Positions 58,649 through 64,000 of a DNA stretch of 64,000 bases are shown in pieces. Position 1 is the first letter of the stretch; every line of letters begins with the position of its first letter. Both the position numbers and the translations under genes were made by a program. This stretch comes from Polyangiales bacterium. Lineage in GTDB: Bacteria; Myxococcota_A; Polyangia; Polyangiales; JADJQN01. The stretch lies in contig CAXNJO010000008.1 of NCBI GenBank assembly GCA_964202905.1, positions 96,001-160,000 of the forward strand. The letters run 5' to 3'. The notes under the pieces were generated by a model. That model was not told where the DNA came from and did no database searches. It saw only the letters and a program-made list of their open reading frames with translations.

Positions 58649-59542
58649 GTGATCCGCGTCCTGCACTGCAGCGATCTCCACCTCGGCGTGCCGCTCTCGA
58701 CGCTGCCGCGCGCGGACCTCGCACCGAAGCGTCTGCTCGGCGCCGCGAACCTCGCGCTGCGCCGTGGTCGCCGCTTCGCGGACGCGCACGCGCGCGTCGC
58801 GGCGCTCTGCGCGTTCGCCGAGGAGGCGGGCGTCGACGCCGTCGTCGTGACGGGCGACTACACCGCGCTCGGCACCGTGGAGGAGCTCGCGTTGGCGCGC
58901 CGCGCGACAGCGCCGCTCACCACGCGTCGGCTTGGTTTCGCGACGGTGCCCGGCAACCACGACGTCTACGTCGAGCCCGGGGGGCGCGGAGGCCGCTTCG
59001 AGCGTGCGTTCGCGGATTTGCTCGCGAGCGACGCACCGGAGCACGCCGTGGACGGCCCGTGGCCGCTCGTGCGCTGGCTGGGTGACGAGGTCGCCGTCGT
59101 CTGCGTCGACAGCGCGCGCCCCAACCCGCAGCTCTGGCGCTCGAGCGGTCGCGTCCCGCCCTTGCAACTCGCTGCGCTGCGGCGCGTGCTTGCCGACCGG
59201 CGCCTCGCGGACCGCTTCGTCCTCGTCGCGACGCACTACGCGCCGCTCCGCGCCGATGGCTCGCCGGACCGCGTGTGGCACGGGCTGGTCAACGCGGATG
59301 CGCTGCTCGCTGCGATCGGAGGGCGCCCGCGGACGGCCCTGCTCCACGGGCATCTGCACGAGCGTTTTTCCCTGCCGGCCACCGCCTCGCGTCCGCCGAT
59401 CTTCGGTGCCGGGAGCGCCACCGATGGGCACCACCAGTCCTTCTGGGTCTACGAGCTCGACGCGACGTCCCTGCGCGCGATACCCGGCGCGTGGGGTGGT
59501 ACCGGCTACGTGATCGACTCGGCGGCTGCCGTCCACGTGTAG
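58649..59542 (+). CDS. Calcineurin-like metallophosphoesterase (CpdA-like)
   Basis: SDLH, TGD, GNHD, THY, HGHLH. Confidence 0.88.
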   Translation: MIRVLHCSDLHLGVPLSTLPRADLAPKRLLGAANLALRRGRRFADAHARVAALCAFAEEAGVDAVVVTGDYTALGTVEELALARRATAPLTTRRLGFATVPGNHDVYVEPGGRGGRFERAFADLLASDAPEHAVDGPWPLVRWLGDEVAVVCVDSARPNPQLWRSSGRVPPLQLAALRRVLADRRLADRFVLVATHYAPLRADGSPDRVWHGLVNADALLAAIGGRPRTALLHGHLHERFSLPATASRPPIFGAGSATDGHHQSFWVYELDATSLRAIPGAWGGTGYVIDSAAAVHV

Positions 59543-59761
59543 CCGCGCGTCGTCGCGAGCGGCCCACCACGCGTCGGCCGACAAGCGCTCGACACCGCGT
59601 ACGACGTGCCCCGCGTGCCGTCGCGCGGCGCGCGTTTGGAGGGTGGAGGCAGCGGCCGGCGCGTCGCCCGACGGGTCGCAGGCGCGAAATTGTTGACCAC
59701 AAATTTGGAGTCGTTCGCGAGGCCATCCGATAGTCGAAGGCGTCCCACGCTGGAGGTCGCC

Positions 59762-60490
59762 TTGAATCGTCCCGTCGCTCCCTCACCCGACACTGTCTGC
59801 TCCGTCCCGTCCGCCGTCGAGTCCGGGGAGCGTCGCGCGCTGCGGCGCTCGGTCGCGCTCTTCTGCGACGTCCTCGCATGGGATGGGGGCAGCCGGACGC
59901 GGCTTCGTGTCACCGACCTGTCGCCGTTCGGCGCCTGGATCGAGACGCCGCAGCCGCTCGCATTGGGCGCGGCGCTCCTCGTGTCGATCGTGCCGCCGGG
60001 CGCCGACCCCGAGCATGGCGCGCTCGTGCTCCCCGCGCGCGTCGTGCAGGCGCACCAGGGTGATGCGCCGGACGGCTCGGGCGCGGTCGGCATGGGCGTC
60101 GCCTTCGACGCGAGTCCGTCGGAGTGGGAGATTCTCGCCGCCGCGCTCCACGGCCTCCCGCCGCCGCTTCGCGCGTCGCGCCTCGCTGCGGCGAGTCCCG
60201 AGCCGATCGACGTGTCCGCGTCGATCGACGATGCGTCCGACCCGCGGACGCTCTCGATGACGCCCGTCGCGTCGGTCGCCAACCCCGTCGACGACCTCGA
60301 CGCGCTGCGGGAGATGGAGACGTGGTTCCTCTCGCCTGGTCCGGCCACCCGCGTGACGGCCGCGCCCGCGGTCACGGCGCGCGCCGCTGAGGCGCCGCTT
60401 TCTGCCGAGACGCCGCGCTTCGCGGAGGCGCCGCGCTTCATTCGCTGCAAGACCATCGTGCGCCATCCGGTGGCGGCGCTGCGTCACTGA
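59762..60490 (+). CDS. PilZ-domain protein with low-complexity tail
   Basis: GGAGG RBS plus TTG; RRALRR and DLSPFG motifs; GMGVAF. Confidence 0.7.
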   Translation: MNRPVAPSPDTVCSVPSAVESGERRALRRSVALFCDVLAWDGGSRTRLRVTDLSPFGAWIETPQPLALGAALLVSIVPPGADPEHGALVLPARVVQAHQGDAPDGSGAVGMGVAFDASPSEWEILAAALHGLPPPLRASRLAAASPEPIDVSASIDDASDPRTLSMTPVASVANPVDDLDALREMETWFLSPGPATRVTAAPAVTARAAEAPLSAETPRFAEAPRFIRCKTIVRHPVAALRH

Positions 60491-60526
60491 CGGGGGCGCC
60501 CGCGTGGGATGCGACATTGCGCCCGT

Positions 60527-60928
60527 TCAGTCCGGGCGCGTCGTGTCCTCGTCTCGCAGGTAGGCGACCGTCCGCACCAGCGCGACGAGTCCCTCCCGCG
60601 TCGCCGGACCCAGCTCGAGAAAGCGGATCCCCATGCCCGGATTCGGGTTTCCGCCGCCCGGTCGCAGCGGGTTCACCCACGCCACGACCCCGGGGAGCTC
60701 GAGCGCTGCGCCGTCCGGGGCGGCGAAGCGCAGCGTGAGCGACGTTCCGCGCGGGGCACGGGCCTCCGAGCGGACGAAGATGCCCATCTCGCTGATGTTG
60801 GTGATGTACGAGAAGAGAAAGGTGTCGCCGCTCGCGTAGTCGATCTGAATCGACGCGTCACAGCGTGCGAGGCGGCGTCGGTCGGCCGGCGAGCCGCCCG
60901 GGCTGTCTTCGTCGGCTGGGGGACTCAC
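60527..60928 (-). CDS. PilZ-domain protein, myxobacterial TIGR02266 type
   Basis: RRRLAR, NISEMG, GVVAWV, PGMGIRF. Confidence 0.85.
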   Translation of the reverse strand: MSPPADEDSPGGSPADRRRLARCDASIQIDYASGDTFLFSYITNISEMGIFVRSEARAPRGTSLTLRFAAPDGAALELPGVVAWVNPLRPGGGNPNPGMGIRFLELGPATREGLVALVRTVAYLRDEDTTRPD

Positions 60929-63348
60929 CGGACGCGCACGGTGCCCGCGGGGACGCGGTTGGCGTCGTCCTTCGGGCCGCGAACGATCGCGAGCCGCGAT
61001 TCACCGCTGTAGAAGCCGATGTACATCGTGTACTCGCCCGGACGGTAATTGGCTGGCACCGCGAGAACCTGCACGTCGGCCACGACGTCGCCGACATCCC
61101 AGAGTCGCGTGGGGTATTTGTCGTCCACCGGCTCGTGATCGCCGTTGAGCCGCTGCCCCTGCCCGTCGACGTGGAGGAAGATCTTCTGCCCGCCGGGCAC
61201 GGCACGCAGCGCGCGCCAGTACCAGGTGACCTTGAACGACTCGCCGGCGCCGACGTAGCTGCCGTGCGGCAGATCGAGGTCGTAGCCGACCAACTCGATC
61301 TTGTCCTCGAAGAACGCCCCCACCCGGTGCTGCACCGCGGGCGGCGCGGAGAGCACGTATTTCGCGAGGAAATTCTGGTTCTCGCGGCCGCTCACGGGCT
61401 CGCTCGCGACGAGCACCACCCGCGCGCTGCGCGCGTCCGCCACGAAGAGGTGGCGCTGCGTGCGCTGGCGAAAGGCGCGGTCGATCGCGGGGAGCTCGTC
61501 GGCGGGGAACGCAGCCCAGCGCCGCCCCGGCTCGGCGAGCCAGGCGAGGAGCAGGGGCTGACTCGCGATCTCCCGGATTTCTCCGCGCGCGTAGTAGGCC
61601 GCTGACCGTCCACCGACGCGGTACTCCGCAAGCGGCTCGCCCGGGCGCGCTTCGGCGTTGTAGGTGTCGTAGACCTCGCGCGGAGACAGATGCGCCGAGA
61701 GCGCCGGCAGGTAGCCGTGCGACGCGTACACGCCGACGAGCGCCGCCGCGAAGAGGGCCGGCCAGAGGCGTAGGTCTCCGAGCCGCGCCCACAGCCTCGG
61801 GACGGCGTAAATACCGAGCGCCGCGACGGGAAGAGCGAGCGGCACGAGCAGCAGACGCTTGCCCCACTTCACGACGATCGACGTCAGGCCGAGGCGCTCG
61901 CCGCCGACCGCGCAGACGATCCCGAACACGACGATCCCCGCGAAGACCGCGCCGGCGCCGCCCATCCAGATCTTGAAGGCGAGCGGCCGCCGCCACTGCG
62001 CGCGCAGCAACCGAAAGGGCGCGGCGGGCTCGAGCGACGGACGCCCCGCGTCGGCGCCGATTCCGAGGAACGCGAGCGCCCCGAACACACCGAGGACGAC
62101 CGCCCAGGCGCGCTTCGGCACGAGGATCGGGTTCGACGCGGCGGTGTTGAAGACGTCCGGGACCGTGATCTCGCCGGCGCCGAGGCCCTCGATCGGCGTG
62201 CCCGGGAAGAGCGCGAAGTCGCGGATCACGAGCCCGGTCAGCATCGCGACGATGAGCCCGGCGCCCCAAGAGCCGCGGCCGCCGCGCTCGAGGTCGCGGA
62301 GGTAGAGCGCGACCATCGCGCCGAGCGCGACGACCGGCATGAATGTCGTCGGTCCATAGCGGGACTCGAAGAGCGTCTCGGCGGCGTAGCCGAGCGTCGC
62401 CCAGGCGACGAGCACCGTGCGCAGGGGGCGGTCGCCGCGGGCTGCGGCAGAATCGCCTTCCGCCGAGACGGGCACGACCGGGGCGCCGACGAGCATCGCG
62501 CCGACGGCGAGCGGCAGGACGGCGCTCCAAGGTGCGAACGCGTGGAAGAGCGCGTCGATCGCGTGGTCGAACGTGGGCGGGTTCCCGCCGCGCGGGGTGC
62601 CCCCGAGCCAGTGCGTGTATCCGGCCTGATCCGCGGCGACTGCGGCCGCGGTCATCATGCCCAGGCCGACGGCCAGCGCCGTCACCGTCCACGCAGCACC
62701 CGCGGCCCACGGGTCGCGGCGCGGGCGGAGGGTCACGCCCTCGAGGCCTGCGGCGATCGCCACGGCGCCGAGAGGCGGGAGCACGCCGACGAGCACGCCG
62801 CCCGCCGCGGTACCGAGCGCCACACCCGCGGCGAGCAGCAGCATCCAGAGGCCCGTCGCGCGGGCCCGGGCGCGCGCGTCGGCCGCGGCGCCTGCCGGCA
62901 GGAACACGGCGGACGTCGCCGCGAGCGCGATGAGCGCGTGCGCCGCGAAGGTCGGCGCGTGGCCAAGCATTTGCCGTGCGTTGAAGAGGAAGAGCGGCGT
63001 CGTCCCCGCGACGAGCAGCGCGTAGGCGCCCGCGCGCGCCCCGGCGAACCGCGCCACGAGTCCGGCGCCGAGCAGCAGCGCGCCGAAGCCGGCGAGCCCG
63101 AGCGGCAACCGCCCCGCCCACTCGTGCACGCCGAACGTGCGGAACCCCCCGGCCACCAGGTGCGCAGCGAGCGGTGGCTCCCGCAGCGCGACCGCCACAC
63201 CCTCGGCGATTTGTCGCGCCTCGTCTGCCGCGCCGAGCTCCCAAGGATCCCAGATACCGAACGACGAGAGCCCCGCGAACACGGCGATGACCACCGCCAC
63301 GAGGGCGAAGGCCCACGCGATCGACGCACTGATTCTGTCTGGCCTCAT
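60925..63348 (-). CDS. GT-C (ArnT/PMT-like) integral membrane glycosyltransferase with C-terminal Ig-like domain
   Basis: GIWDPWE, FGVHEWAGRLP, many TM helices, C-terminal 'VTWYW...IFLHVD...NGDH...PGEY' domain. Confidence 0.75.
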   Translation of the reverse strand: MRPDRISASIAWAFALVAVVIAVFAGLSSFGIWDPWELGAADEARQIAEGVAVALREPPLAAHLVAGGFRTFGVHEWAGRLPLGLAGFGALLLGAGLVARFAGARAGAYALLVAGTTPLFLFNARQMLGHAPTFAAHALIALAATSAVFLPAGAAADARARARATGLWMLLLAAGVALGTAAGGVLVGVLPPLGAVAIAAGLEGVTLRPRRDPWAAGAAWTVTALAVGLGMMTAAAVAADQAGYTHWLGGTPRGGNPPTFDHAIDALFHAFAPWSAVLPLAVGAMLVGAPVVPVSAEGDSAAARGDRPLRTVLVAWATLGYAAETLFESRYGPTTFMPVVALGAMVALYLRDLERGGRGSWGAGLIVAMLTGLVIRDFALFPGTPIEGLGAGEITVPDVFNTAASNPILVPKRAWAVVLGVFGALAFLGIGADAGRPSLEPAAPFRLLRAQWRRPLAFKIWMGGAGAVFAGIVVFGIVCAVGGERLGLTSIVVKWGKRLLLVPLALPVAALGIYAVPRLWARLGDLRLWPALFAAALVGVYASHGYLPALSAHLSPREVYDTYNAEARPGEPLAEYRVGGRSAAYYARGEIREIASQPLLLAWLAEPGRRWAAFPADELPAIDRAFRQRTQRHLFVADARSARVVLVASEPVSGRENQNFLAKYVLSAPPAVQHRVGAFFEDKIELVGYDLDLPHGSYVGAGESFKVTWYWRALRAVPGGQKIFLHVDGQGQRLNGDHEPVDDKYPTRLWDVGDVVADVQVLAVPANYRPGEYTMYIGFYSGESRLAIVRGPKDDANRVPAGTVRVR

Positions 63349-63423
63349 TCTCGCGCTCGTCCCCGCGTCGGCCCGCGGCGCGCCGAGACTAGACCGCGCA
63401 TCCTGAGAACGCCAGCGCGGGCG

Positions 63424-63999
63424 TCAGCGCGCTCGCGCACGCGGAACGTCGATGTCGTCCTCGTCCCCGTCGAACGTGTCGGCGGGGGGCGGGGCGCCCC
63501 GGTCCGTCGGCGCCGCGGCGAGCGGGATGTGGGCGAGTTCTGCGGCGAGCTCCCGGGCCACGCGTCGGAACGCCGGCAGCGACCCGGACGACATCATCCG
63601 GCCGGGGCCGTTCAGATGGCGGGCCGGGTCGACGAACCGGCCGCGCCGCTGCAGCCCGAAGTGCAGGTGCGGTCCCGTGGAGCGCCCGGTCGTCCCGACG
63701 GCGCCGATGACCTGGCGCTGCCGCACGGTCGCGCCGACGCGGATGCCCCGCTCGATCCGAGAGAGGTGGGCGTAGTAGGACTCGAAGCCGTCGGCGTGCC
63801 GGATGCCGACGAGGTTCCCGTTGGGGCCGCGCTCGCCCGCCCAGAGGATCGTGCCGTCGGCCGCGGCCCACACCGGGGTCCCGCTGCTCGCCGCGTAGTC
63901 GACCCCGTTGTGGGGCTTGATGCGCCGCAACACGGGGTGCATCCGCCGCGGGTCGAAGACGGACGAGATGCGGTCGTAGGCGACGGGGGTGCGCAGCCA
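63424..63999 (-). CDS. M23-family metallopeptidase, 5'-truncated by the window edge
   Basis: HNGVD (HxxxD), YAHL, STGPHLHF. Confidence 0.93.
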   Translation of the reverse strand, partial: WLRTPVAYDRISSVFDPRRMHPVLRRIKPHNGVDYAASSGTPVWAAADGTILWAGERGPNGNLVGIRHADGFESYYAHLSRIERGIRVGATVRQRQVIGAVGTTGRSTGPHLHFGLQRRGRFVDPARHLNGPGRMMSSGSLPAFRRVARELAAELAHIPLAAAPTDRGAPPPADTFDGDEDDIDVPRARAR

Positions 64000-64000
64000 A

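Noticed and set aside
1..64000. tRNA, rRNA, integrase, prophage or intact transposase
   Set aside because: No such signatures recognised by eye; a tRNAscan/cmscan run would be needed to exclude them formally

Overview
Very GC-rich bacterial DNA, most consistent with a Myxococcota/Polyangia-like genome. This is an inference from the TIGR02266-type PilZ protein, many Cys-rich lipoproteins with Asp/Ala/Gly linkers, the rplM-rpsI-argC order and an rpoN-PTS cluster with HprK. About 55 genes can be supported. Core functions: lexA; rpoN-hpf-ptsN and hprK-rapZ-ptsH-ptsI, split by an antisense block with a fused xanthine dehydrogenase and xdhC; plsB; rplM-rpsI-argC; an aldehyde dehydrogenase; a diguanylate cyclase; two PilZ proteins. 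Envelope and phosphate-scavenging genes: an OprO/P-like porin, several metallophosphoesterases and a 5'-nucleotidase. An accessory-looking stretch at about 15.6-27.3 kb holds a direct-repeat-flanked RHH/VapC toxin-antitoxin islet, an IS3 remnant, an H-NOX/histidine kinase pair and a truncated esterase. The strongest candidates for undescribed systems are (i) a lysyl-oxidase lipoprotein / Cys-rich lipoprotein / C-type lectin cluster lying behind lexA and a 20-bp tandem repeat, and (ii) an apparently exported DUF2252 kinase-like lipoprotein encoded with an outer-membrane beta-barrel and a lamin-tail-domain lipoprotein. About a dozen single-base frameshifts are probably sequencing or assembly errors. 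No rRNA, tRNA or CRISPR array was seen. All family calls come from motif recognition by eye, not database searches.
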